DNA of 64,000 nucleotides from NCBI RefSeq assembly GCF_054482595.1, contig NZ_CM137008.1; one strand, 5' to 3'. Shown piece by piece: positions 22,062 to 35,534 of this stretch (position 1 is its first letter; each line of letters starts with the position of its first letter). The notes under the pieces were generated by a model. It saw only the letters and a program-made list of their open reading frames with translations, ran no database searches and was not told where the DNA came from. The position numbers and the translations under genes were made by a program.

Positions 22062-24284
22062 TTATTTTAACATTGATTTCACTTTCCGGGCAACCCGGCG
22101 AACCAGGCTGGTGCCTCGTTTTGCGCCTTGGACATGAATTGCTTCATACAGAGCATTAAAACGGTCATGGGCCCAGCCATCTCTTTGCTGAGAAATAAGA
22201 CCATCAACCTTATTATTTAAAAGTTGTAACTCGTTACTGACAGAATGACCACCATTGATGCTCCGCAAGCGATTCACTTCACTCTCAAGTTCTTGAATCT
22301 TCTCGAGGTAGGAAGGTATCAACCCCATTGCATAGTTATATTTAACATTCTCATCCATAAAAGGACGGAAACTGCGGTAGTTATTTTTACTCTTATTTCC
22401 ACTTAACAACATGCCGGAGTTTGCAACTCTATACCAAAATAGAGGTTCCGGGACGATTTGCAATTTATATCCCTGTAATGATATTTTGGCAAAAAACTCC
22501 CAGTCTTCATGACCTAAACCGTAATCTTCAGTAAATCCGCCTACTTTTTCAAAAACCTCTTTTCTGATCAGCGCATTAGCATCGCCAAAGCAGTTACTAA
22601 AGCTGGCGATATTTAAATCAGGCCCTAACGGAAGCCAGCAGTGCGTCATTTTACGGAACGGAGAAGGGAACTCCTCACCAAAAATAAGATCGCTTGGTGT
22701 GGTTAACACATCGGCCCCAGAGTTTAATGCTGCAGTAACAAACGTTTCTACCTCAAAAGGCTTAGCAACATTATCATCGTCCATAAACATCAGATATTCG
22801 CCAGAGGCGTGTCGCGCAGCCAAATTCCTTGCAGCACCCAGATAGTTATTAGAACTACGGACAATTTTCCAGCCTCGAGAGTTAAAATCATTCTCGATGA
22901 GATTTAAATAACGATGAGAATCTTCTGTCGTACTTCCATCATCAACCAAGATGACCTCAATATTTTGGTACGTCTGAGATTTTATTGATGCGAGTGCTTG
23001 CTGAAGCAAATGGTGACGTTCGAAGTGAGTTATACACACGCTAACTAACGGGCTGTTAGCTTCATCGATTTTCTTGAATGCGCGGTTGTTTTTTCGTTCA
23101 ACTGCGACAAACCAAGCTTCTTTAATATTGTCTTGTGATTCAGCAAGCCCTGGTTTTATATTTATATTTTTTAAGCGATAGTGGATTTTCCAGTATAAAT
23201 CGACAGGTGTAGGAATAAATAGAACTTCCGCATGATGCTCCTGCTGAATAAGCTCTGGAATTCCACCAACGTTTGAAGCGAGGAAATTAACGTTATTAAT
23301 CAAGCATTCATAAACAGTATAGGGTGAGTTTTCTACAAGTGATGGAATGATGACTAATACATTTTTTCTTTTTATATATTCATTAGCGTTGGTACGATCA
23401 TAGTCGCAGATGACATTAACTGCGAGTCCCAAATTTTTAGTCTGATTCATAATATAAGTAAATGAATCAGTTTTCCCCATGGTGACATTTTTTCCGAGGA
23501 AGGTTACTCCAGAAATGCTCTCTTTATCTTCATCAGATAGTTTTCTTAATGCACGCAGGAATATGTCAAGTCCTTTACGGGTTTCAAGGCGGCCGAAAAA
23601 TACAAGCTCAACGCCAGAAGCTGGCTTTTCATTTATTTTAACTGTAACATCATCTCTCGTCACAAACCCTTGAAATGGCTCGCAATTTAAAATTACATGA
23701 CGTTCTTCAGGAACATTCCAGTGCTTACTCAACATCCAATCAATTAAATACTGAGACGGACTAACAACTTCATCCGCCATTTCAACCACCATTTTCTCCA
23801 TATAATAGAGTTCAAGATGGTTCTGATCATATGGAAGCTGGTAATTACCTTCATCAGCCCATAACGTTGAACTGTGAGTATTTACAATGAACTTTGTATT
23901 TTCAAAATCCGTTCCATTCTTTTTGCTTAATAAAGTGTAATAAAGATCTGCCTGCCACTCACAAGAAATAACAGTGTCATAGATGTTATTTTCTTTCAAC
24001 CAGAGATAAATTGAATAACTTTTCCTTCTAAAATACGGTGCATCAATATTAATCTCTTTTATCAGTCCGGTTCTTAGCAGATTGATACCAAAGGTACTAT
24101 AAATACGTGACCAGTCGCTAAATTTCGATACAGATGATTCAGAATAGTCGCCACATGTATACAATACATCAACATCATACCCCTTTTTTGCCAAAGTAGT
24201 GGCAAGAGCAGTGAAAGCAGTACCAATACCGCCGTTACGGACAGGCCCCTCAATGTCCGGCGTCATTATAAGAATTTTCTTCAT
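22062..24284 (-). CDS. two-domain glycosyltransferase (N-terminal GT-B/GT4-like, C-terminal GT-A/GT2-like), WbbY-like
   Basis: 740 aa. N-terminal GT-B fold (PDIEGPVRNGGIGTAF..., ...IPSLVENSPYTVYECL). C-terminal GT2 (VSVCITHFERHHLLQQALASIKSQTYQNIEVILVDDGST, MFMDDDN DxD). Visibly AT-rich. Confidence 0.6.
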   Translation of the reverse strand: MKKILIMTPDIEGPVRNGGIGTAFTALATTLAKKGYDVDVLYTCGDYSESSVSKFSDWSRIYSTFGINLLRTGLIKEINIDAPYFRRKSYSIYLWLKENNIYDTVISCEWQADLYYTLLSKKNGTDFENTKFIVNTHSSTLWADEGNYQLPYDQNHLELYYMEKMVVEMADEVVSPSQYLIDWMLSKHWNVPEERHVILNCEPFQGFVTRDDVTVKINEKPASGVELVFFGRLETRKGLDIFLRALRKLSDEDKESISGVTFLGKNVTMGKTDSFTYIMNQTKNLGLAVNVICDYDRTNANEYIKRKNVLVIIPSLVENSPYTVYECLINNVNFLASNVGGIPELIQQEHHAEVLFIPTPVDLYWKIHYRLKNINIKPGLAESQDNIKEAWFVAVERKNNRAFKKIDEANSPLVSVCITHFERHHLLQQALASIKSQTYQNIEVILVDDGSTTEDSHRYLNLIENDFNSRGWKIVRSSNNYLGAARNLAARHASGEYLMFMDDDNVAKPFEVETFVTAALNSGADVLTTPSDLIFGEEFPSPFRKMTHCWLPLGPDLNIASFSNCFGDANALIRKEVFEKVGGFTEDYGLGHEDWEFFAKISLQGYKLQIVPEPLFWYRVANSGMLLSGNKSKNNYRSFRPFMDENVKYNYAMGLIPSYLEKIQELESEVNRLRSINGGHSVSNELQLLNNKVDGLISQQRDGWAHDRFNALYEAIHVQGAKRGTSLVRRVARKVKSMLK

Positions 24285-24381
24285 TGTAACCCTTCCTTTG
24301 TAACCTAGACTTTTCTATGATATTAGTGAATTGAAGTAGTGTAAGATAGCAGTCGGTAGCTTCTGTTAAACAGGATAAAAA

Positions 24382-25191
24382 ATGACCAATATGAAGTTAA
24401 AATTTGATTTGCTTCTAAAATCTTATCATCTATCTCATCGATTTGTCTATAAGGCAAACCCTGGTAATGCTGGAGATGGTGTAATTGCATCTGCGACGTA
24501 TGACTTTTTTGAACGAAATGCTCTTACCTATATCCCTTACAGAGATGGCGAGTGCTACAGTTCTGAAACTGATATTTTAATTTTTGGAGGCGGAGGAAAC
24601 CTGATAGAAGGATTGTATTCTGAAGGTCATGACTTTATCCAGAATAATATTGGGAAATTTCATAAAGTAATAATAATGCCGTCGACAATCAGAGGGTATA
24701 GCGATTTATTCATCAACAATATTGATAAGTTTGTTGTTTTTTGTCGCGAAAATATCACCTTCGATTATATTAAATCTCTCAACTACGAACCAAACAAGAA
24801 CGTATTCATTACTGATGATATGGCATTTTATCTCGATCTTAATAAATACCTGTCACTTAAACCCGTCTATAAAAAACAGGCCAACTGCTTCAGAACGGAC
24901 TCCGAATCTCTAACTGGAGACTACAAAGAAAACAATCATGATATTTCGCTCACCTGGAATGGCGATTATTGGGATAATGAATTTCTGGCGCGTAATTCTA
25001 CCCGTTGCATGATAAACTTTCTTGAAGAGTATAAAGTTGTCAATACCGACAGGCTGCATGTGGCAATTTTAGCATCTCTGCTTGGCAAAGAAGTCAACTT
25101 CTATCCTAACTCATATTACAAAAATGAAGCTGTTTACAATTATTCACTTTTTAATCGTTATCCAAAAACATGCTTTATTACGGCAAGTTGA
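24382..25191 (+). CDS. polysaccharide pyruvyl-transferase-family protein (putative)
   Basis: 269 aa; N-terminal NPGNAGDGVIASATYDFF and C-terminal TDRLHVAILASLLGK resemble the CsaB/WcaK pyruvyl-transferase fold motifs (recalled, not searched); divergent from the WbbY-like gene. Confidence 0.45.
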   Translation: MTNMKLKFDLLLKSYHLSHRFVYKANPGNAGDGVIASATYDFFERNALTYIPYRDGECYSSETDILIFGGGGNLIEGLYSEGHDFIQNNIGKFHKVIIMPSTIRGYSDLFINNIDKFVVFCRENITFDYIKSLNYEPNKNVFITDDMAFYLDLNKYLSLKPVYKKQANCFRTDSESLTGDYKENNHDISLTWNGDYWDNEFLARNSTRCMINFLEEYKVVNTDRLHVAILASLLGKEVNFYPNSYYKNEAVYNYSLFNRYPKTCFITAS

Positions 25192-25457
25192 AAAAGGCAG
25201 CGTATAATAATACGCTGCCTGAAAGCCATATAACTGTTACAGCATTGTTAATTATTACCTGCCAGCTTTTAGGTGACTATTCATTCGCACGCCTATAGTC
25301 TGCAAATCTATCGATTATCGCAGTAAAAAACTTATCAATGAGTTTAGTTGTTGCACCGAGGTTTTAACTTTCCGCATCACTTTTCACGTACAGTATTTTA
25401 CTGACTCCGTGTTTCTTAAATTCTATTGTATGCTGACAGATTTTCCCACTTGCGTCG

Positions 25458-26236
25458 TCACGACTGGAGCAACACTGGATACTGCTGATCCCATTTCGCT
25501 TCCAGTTCATCCAGCACCGTTTCTGCGGCTTCTTTCGACCCCGCGCGATATACCGGTTTCAGATCAGCCATAAAAGCTTTATGGTCATTTGAGGCCACGT
25601 ATTTAATCGAGTTACTGATTTGGTGAATGACGCACAACTGAACCTCTGTCTGCGGATAAATGCTGTTTATCGCCTCCGGGAAGCCGGTCAGCCCGCGCAC
25701 GCAGGCGATCAGGATGTCTTCAATGCCCCAGTTTTACAGGTCGCTTAATATAGACAGCCAGAAGTTAGCGCCTTTACTTTCTTATAGATACCGGCCCAGA
25801 GTTTCTTTCTTGCCTGCCAGATTCAGCGCCAGAACGGTATAAACCGTTTTGCTCTGATAACGGCCATTCTCACGGACTTTATAGTGAATACGTTCAGCCA
25901 GACGAAGGGGTAAACCTTTTCCAGCGGGTGCTGTTGCCACTGTTTTAGTTCAGGGGTAACTTTATCGTACTACACTGATGGTGGCGGTTGACATGCTGAA
26001 AGCATATAAATCTTCGAACTCTCGGCTAATGTCCTGGTAGCTAATCCCCTGCGCAAACAGCAGAATGATCTTGCGTTCAATAATAAATGCGATGATGCTC
26101 GCAAAATCCTTGCCGATCAACCCACCAGATGCGGCGGTTCTACGTGGATCGCGATTTAACTATCACTGCTAGTTATTTGTTCGAAAAGCCCATAGCTTTC
26201 TATTTATACTCAAGCTTCGCGCCATCAGATAGCTAT
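25458..26236 (-). pseudogene. IS256-family transposase remnant (fragmented)
   Basis: ORF fragment 25458..25700 (...EVQLCVIHQISNSIKYVASNDHKAFMADLKPVYRAGSKEAAETVLDELEAKWDQQYP) is typical of the IS256/mutator C-terminus; further pieces are broken by stops and frameshifts; right side truncated by IS5. Confidence 0.55.
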
Positions 26237-27431
<1,195 letters not shown>

Positions 27432-27575
27432 TAAGCGTTATCCCGAAGAGTTTAAAATTGAAGCAGTCAAACAGGTTGTTGATCGCGGTTATTCTGTTGC
27501 CAGCGTTGCAACACGTCTCGATATCACCACCCACAGCCTTTACTCCTGGATAAAGAAGTACGGTCCGGATTCTTC
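27432..27575 (+). pseudogene. IS3-family orfA fragment
   Basis: Translates RYPEEFKIEAVKQVVDRGYSVASVATRLDITTHSLYSWIKKYG (HTH of an IS3-family OrfA); cut by IS5 on the left and IS3 on the right. Confidence 0.5.
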
Positions 27576-30020
27576 TGATCCTACCCACGTAATATGGACA
27601 CAGGCCTAAGCGAGGTTCTGGTTTTCAAATTGTTCCGGACTGAGGCCGCCACACCAACTGTGCCGCCGCCACCGATTGTAATCACATTCGATATAATTAA
27701 ACTGAACCGCCCCGGGTTTCCTGGAGAGTGTTTTATCTGTGAACTCAGGCTGCCAGATCAGTATTTCCGATGGAAGCATAATAAGCTTTTTCTGCTTCTG
27801 CCGGAGGAATATGGCCCAGCCTTTCCAGCAATCGTCGATTGTTATACCAGTCCACCCACGTTAGTGTGGCCAGTTCCACTTCTGTCCGGTTTTTCCAACT
27901 CTTACGGTGTATTACCTCCGCTTTGTAAAGACCATTGATGCTCTCCGCCATCGCGTTGTCATACGAGTCACCAGTACTTCCTGTTGAGGCCAGTAAGCCG
28001 GCTTCCTTAAGCCGCTGCGTGTAGGCCAGCGATACATACTGAGAACCTTTATCACTGTGGTGGATTGTGCCGGACGGCCGGCGGGCCCACAACGCCTGCT
28101 CCAGTGCATCCAGCACGAATGTCGTTTCCATAGACGATGAGACTCGCCACCCCACGATGTATCCGGCAAATACATCAATGATGAACGCCACATAGACGAA
28201 GCCCTGCCATGTGCTGACGTAAGTAAAATCAGCTACCCACAGCTGGTCAGGACGTTCTGCCACGAACTGACGGTTTACGCGGTCGCCTGCGGCAACGGCT
28301 TTCCGGCTGATGGTCGTACGGACCTTTTTACCCCGGAGAACACCGGCAAGTCCCATAACCGCCATGAGACGTGCCACAGTGCATCTGGCCACCCTGATAC
28401 CTTCCCGTAACAACTGACGCCAGACTTTACGCACACCGTACACCTGATGATTTTCATCGTATACGCGCAGTATCTCTTTCTTCAGCCAGTCATCGCGCTG
28501 CGCACGGGCACTGCGTTTATCCGGATGATGTCGCTGTTGCTGACAGTGGTAATACGTTGACGGGGCAATATGCAGTTCGCTGCATACCGGTCCGACCCCG
28601 TACTGCTCACGCAGCTTATCCAGCAGTGGCATCATTTTTTCCAGAGGCGGTCGAACTCCACCTTCGCAAAATAAGCGGAAGCCTGGCGAAGGATATCGTT
28701 ACTGCGGCGCAGTTCACGATTTTCACGCTCCAGCTCTTTCAGACGCTGACGTTCAGCGGTGGTGAGCCCACCATCACCGCCCCCGGTATCCCGCTCATGC
28801 TGGCGAACCCAGACGCGCAGAGTCTCTGGCGTACAGCCAATCTTTGGAGCAATGGAACAAATTGCCGCCCATTGTGAGTCATATTCGCCCTGACTTTCCA
28901 GAACCATACGAACTGCCCGTTGACGGACTTCGGGGGAAAAACGAGTATTTTTAGTCATCCTGTTTACTCTTTCTCAGGAAGTTTAGTCTCCAGGATTCCC
29001 GGGGCGGTTCAAACACCGTTGCCCGCATTATTTCCCGGCTGATAAAGTGTTCTCCATGGATACATTCCACTTTCAGCGAATGAAAGAAGCTTTCCACGCA
29101 GGCATTATCGTAGCAGCAACCTTTTGCGCTCATACTTCCACGCAGATTATGCCGCTTCAGTTGCGCCTGATAATCTGCTGAACAGTACTGGCCTCCACGG
29201 TCCGTGTGAACGATAACGTTCCGGGGCCTCTTACGCCGCCATAGCGCCATCTGCAGGGCATCGCAGGCCAGTTGCGCCGTCATGCGTGGCGACATTGACC
29301 AGCCAATAACGGCACGTGACCACAGGTCAATGACCACTGCCAGATACAGCCAGCCTTCATCTGTACGTAAGTACGTGATGTCTCCTGCCCACTTCTGGTT
29401 CGGGCCACTGGCGTAAAAATCCTGCTCCAACAGATTTTCTGACACAGGCAGGCCGTGTGCGCGGTAGCTGACCGGGCTGAACTTCCGGGAGGCCTTTGCC
29501 CTCAGTCCCTGACGGCGCAGGCTTGCCGCCACGGTTTTTACGTTAAAGGGGTAACCCTGAGCACGCAGTTCATCCGTCAGGCGTGGGGCACCGTAACGCT
29601 GTTTTGACCGGGTAAAAGCCGCGAGGACAACGCTGTCGCAGTGTTGGCGGAACTGCTGACGCGTGCTTATCCTTGTCCGCCGCTGACACCACGTATACCA
29701 GCCGCTGCGGGCCACCCGGAGCACGCGGCACATTGCTTTGATGCTGAACTCAGCCTGATGTTTTTCAATAAAGACATACTTCATTTCAGGCGCTTCGCGA
29801 AGTATGTCGCGGCCTTTTGGAGGATAGCCAGCTCTTCATCCCGTTCTGCCAGCTGGCGTTTGAGACGTGCAATCTCGGTAGACATCTCCAGTTCACGTTC
29901 AGAAGACGTCTGCTGATTTTGCTGTTTACTGCGCCAGTTGTAGAGCTGTGATTCATACAGGCTGAGTTCACGGGCTGCGGCAGTAACACCGATGCGTTCA
30001 GCAAGCTTCAGGGCTTCACT
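27576..30020 (-). mobile_element. IS3, 5'-truncated and interrupted by IS629
   Basis: IS3 right terminus tgatcctacccacgtaatatggacacaggcc at 27576; IS3 sequence continues on both sides of IS629; orfB fragment 29012..29784 ([21 protein letters not shown]...); orfA lacks its first ~20 codons where IS903 abuts at 30021. Confidence 0.8.
27703..29011 (-). mobile_element. IS629 (IS3 family) inserted inside IS3 with 3-bp target duplication
   Basis: Termini tgaaccgccccggg at both ends (inverted); OrfA 28632..28958 ([31 protein letters not shown]...) and OrfB 27745..28635; flanking trinucleotide aac at 27700-27702 and 29012-29014. Confidence 0.88.
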
Positions 30021-31077
30021 GGCTTTGTTGAATAAATCAGATTTCGGGTAAGTCTCCCCCGTAGCGGGTTGTGTTTTCAGGCAATACGCACGCTTTCAGG
30101 CATACCTGCTTTCGTCATTTTGTTCAGCGCTCGTACCAGGGCCATAGCCTCCGCAACCTGACCATCGTAGTCACGCAGCGTCAGTGAACCCCCGAACAGC
30201 TGTTTTACCCGGTACATCGCCGTTTCCGCTATCGAGCGACGGTTGTAATCTGTTGTCCATTTCCACCGCGCATTACTCCCGGTCATTCGCTGATTAGCCA
30301 CTGCACGGTTACGGTCTGCATATTCACCGGGCCAGTAACCCGCACCTTTTCGGGGAGGGATAAGCGCGCTGATTTTCTTACGCCGCAGTTCATCGTGACA
30401 TAGCCGGGTATCGTAAGCGCCATCGGCGGCGGCTGACCTGATTTTCCGGTGGGTTTGCCGGATTAACCCGGGGAAGGCCTCTGAGTCCGTAACGTTGTTC
30501 AGCGACAGGTCAGCGCAGATGATTTCATGTGTTTTACTGTCAACGGCGAGATGCAGCTTACGCCAGATACGGCGGCGTTCCTGGCCATGCTTTTTGACTT
30601 TCCACTCGCCTTCACCGAAGACCTTCAGCCCGGTGGAATCAATTACCAGGTGTGCGATTTCACCCCGGGTGGGCGTTTTGAAACTGACATTAACCGACTT
30701 TGCCCGCCTGCTGACACAGCTGTAATCCGGGCAGCGTAGCGGAACGTTCATCAGAGAAAAAATGGAATCAATAAAGCCCTGCGCAGCCCGCAGGGTCAGC
30801 CTGAATACGCGTTTAATGACCAGCACAGTAGTGATGGCAAGGTCAGAATAGCGCTGAGGTCTGCCTCGTGAAGAAGGTGTTGCTGACTCATACCAGGCCT
30901 GAATAGCTTCATCATCCAGCCAGAAAGTTATGGAGCCACGGTTGATGAGGGCTTTATTGTAGGTGGGCCAGTTGGTGATTTTGAACTTTTGCTTTGCCAC
31001 GGAACGGTCTGCGTTGTCGGGAAGATACGTGATCTGATCCTTCAACTCAGCAAAAGTTCGATTTATTCAACAAAGCC
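30021..31077 (-). mobile_element. IS903 (IS5 family, 1057 bp)
   Basis: Inverted repeats ggctttgttgaataaatc at 30021 and its complement ending 31077; transposase ORF 30077..31045 (MKDQITYLPDNADRSVAKQKFKITNW...). Flanking 9-mers differ, so no target-site duplication. Confidence 0.88.
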
Positions 31078-32207
31078 GTTACCCGCTCTTCAATCTCATG
31101 CAATTGATTATGCAATATCGCATTTTCATCCTTTTGCCCGGCTAATGAGTGGGTAAGCGTCTCAACTTCTTGCTGTAATGCGGAGCTCCTGGCCTGGAAA
31201 AACTCAAGTTCCTTCAGAACCCGATCTTTAAGAGAGAATAGGTACTCTTCAGCTGACAGCGTGGTGATCCTATGATGGGCGGCGGCGATAAATTCATCAT
31301 AAAAATCATCACTCTTTGCATCCAGGGCAACAACAAACTCTTTCACTTGCTGATAAAACGGGTGAAATGCCGGACCAGAAATCGTGTTTAAATGCCACTC
31401 AAGGAACACGACAACATAGTTTTTATAATCTCTGAGACGGTGTTCCATCATCCCCTGCTGACAGATAAACGCTTTAAGCGCCACCAATGCTTCAACAGCA
31501 CAGCGGTGCGACTCTGCTCGCGTGGCGGATAGGGATTCACTACGGTTGATGGTATGAGAAATTAACGTTTCATTTAAGACCGAAATTCTGTTCGCCATGA
31601 GCATAAATGCGCAGACGAAGAAAAGATCGTTGGTCGTCCTGATTTCCTGAAAGCGAAGCTGATGACTAGTAATAAATTGACGCCTGAGAAGCTTGTCCCA
31701 TGGCCACCAGACAAAGGTGCGGAAAAAGTCAGAGGGAATATCCTGGGATGAAAAAAACTTGAGATCAGGTAACAGCTCCTGGCGCACTGACCACGGCATC
31801 GGAGCATAAACCTGCAAGGCGGGATCAAAAGACTGGCTGCGACAGATAACGACATCCGCTTGTATATCGCTAGCACGTGCGTACATGCGCTCCAACATCA
31901 TGTTATCGACATAATCGTCGTCATCAAGAAAAATAACGTACTCACCGGTAGCAGCATCCAACCCGATGTTTCTTGAGCCTCCCCCACCAAGATTTGTCGT
32001 GTTGTTAATGACTCTAATTCGTGAATCAGTTTCAGCCAGCGCCGAGACAATCTCTAAGGTATTATCGTCAGAACAATCGTTGACAATAATGATTTCAATA
32101 TCATTTAATGTTTGCGACAAAACAGTGCTCAATGTGTCGGAAATATATCCCGCCGCATTGTGCACAGGGATAATAACGGAAACAGCTATACTCTCTTTTT
32201 CAGACAT
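31047..32207 (-). CDS. GT2-family glycosyltransferase with C-terminal coiled-coil; 3' end fused to or truncated by IS903
   Basis: 386 aa; SVIIPVHNAAGYISDTLSTVLSQTLNDIEIIIVNDCSDDNT and DxD (FLDDDDY); final codons ALLNKSNFC* are encoded by the IS903 inverted repeat (31047-31077). Confidence 0.6.
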   Translation of the reverse strand: MSEKESIAVSVIIPVHNAAGYISDTLSTVLSQTLNDIEIIIVNDCSDDNTLEIVSALAETDSRIRVINNTTNLGGGGSRNIGLDAATGEYVIFLDDDDYVDNMMLERMYARASDIQADVVICRSQSFDPALQVYAPMPWSVRQELLPDLKFFSSQDIPSDFFRTFVWWPWDKLLRRQFITSHQLRFQEIRTTNDLFFVCAFMLMANRISVLNETLISHTINRSESLSATRAESHRCAVEALVALKAFICQQGMMEHRLRDYKNYVVVFLEWHLNTISGPAFHPFYQQVKEFVVALDAKSDDFYDEFIAAAHHRITTLSAEEYLFSLKDRVLKELEFFQARSSALQQEVETLTHSLAGQKDENAILHNQLHEIEERVTALLNKSNFC

Positions 32208-32328
32208 GCAATCACCTTGACGCTTAGCTTATAAACGTAATTATATTTATTTATGGGTAGCGTTTAATTTGTAGGTTGCCAGTTTATTAAGGATGGGTAA
32301 GATGAAAGCGACTGAGCTTCATCAAAAA

Positions 32329-33462
32329 TTACTCTTCAACAACATCACGATATGTTTTTAATGTTTTATTAATGATCATCACACTCGAGAATTTATCTTG
32401 AATGCGTTTTCTGCCATTGATACCCATTGCGACGCGCGTTTCTGGGTTATCCAACAGGAAACCGAGTTTCTCCGCTAATTCCTCGACAGATTTACTTTTT
32501 ACAATCAACCCATTATAGTTATTGATAATTAAGCTATCACAGCCACCAACATCATAAGCGATACAAGCGCGCCCGACAGAGGAAGCTTCCAGCAAGATAC
32601 GCGGTACGCCTTCGGCGTAGACCGACGGCAAAGCAACGATATTTGATTCTTCAATTAAATCAAATACATTAGAGCAATGACCGAGCCAGTTAATCACGCC
32701 TTCGCTTTGCCACTTCTGTATCGTCGCCAGCGGAATTGCGTCTTTATCATTCTCAACTAAAATACCGGCAACATTCAGCGTAAAGTGAATATTTTTATTA
32801 CTCAGTATTTTTTTGGCTTCAATCAGGTCACCCAGTCCTTTACTCCACAGCATACGGCTGGCAAAAAGGACGACCGGAACATCACGCTGCTGCTCCAGAG
32901 AGTATTTGTAAATCTCTGGATTAATACCCGCGCCATCAATAACAATAGTCTGTTTGTAATCGATACCAACCAGATCGGCAAGTTTAGCTCTGTCTTTATC
33001 ATGTTCGAACATAAACAAACTGCATTTGTTACTGGCGATATACTTATATGCCATAACAGTAAAACTTCGCAGCAGCTTAAGACAGGCAGACTCTGCGGAA
33101 AATACTCGGCCCAAACCGACAAAACTCAGAATAACAGGACGATGGGTACTTTTAGCCAGAAAACCGCCGATCAAACAGGGCTTGATGGTAATGCAGTGCA
33201 ACAAATCTGGATTGATGTTTTGAATAATTTTCCGAGCCTTAGAAAAGGCCCGAAAGAAAATCAAAACGTTGAATGATTGGGCGACAAGTGGAATGTTATG
33301 GCAAACAAAACCTAATGTCCTGAATTTTTCCGCTATTTTATCATCGACAAAATGGCTAATAATGTGAATCTCATAACCGGCATCTCGGGCGGCAATTGCA
33401 CGATCGGTCCAATGCAAATCAAAATACCAATCCGAATTTATGAAATAACACAGTTTTTTCAT
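32329..33462 (-). CDS. wbbO: GT4-family glycosyltransferase, WbbO-like (377 aa)
   Basis: Internal start MKKLCYFINSDWYFDLHW...; GT-B C-terminal signature (EGVPRILLEASSVGRACIAYDVGG); length and position after wbbN match the Klebsiella rfb layout (recalled). Confidence 0.6.
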   Translation of the reverse strand: MKKLCYFINSDWYFDLHWTDRAIAARDAGYEIHIISHFVDDKIAEKFRTLGFVCHNIPLVAQSFNVLIFFRAFSKARKIIQNINPDLLHCITIKPCLIGGFLAKSTHRPVILSFVGLGRVFSAESACLKLLRSFTVMAYKYIASNKCSLFMFEHDKDRAKLADLVGIDYKQTIVIDGAGINPEIYKYSLEQQRDVPVVLFASRMLWSKGLGDLIEAKKILSNKNIHFTLNVAGILVENDKDAIPLATIQKWQSEGVINWLGHCSNVFDLIEESNIVALPSVYAEGVPRILLEASSVGRACIAYDVGGCDSLIINNYNGLIVKSKSVEELAEKLGFLLDNPETRVAMGINGRKRIQDKFSSVMIINKTLKTYRDVVEE

Positions 33463-33474
33463 TGCTATGTCCAC

Positions 33475-35534
<2,060 letters not shown>

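Noticed and set aside
25196-25219. Hairpin (ggcagcgta / tacgctgcc) after the pyruvyl-transferase-like gene as a terminator
   Set aside because: Lacks a U-tract on the plus strand (one exists only on the minus strand), so orientation and function are ambiguous.
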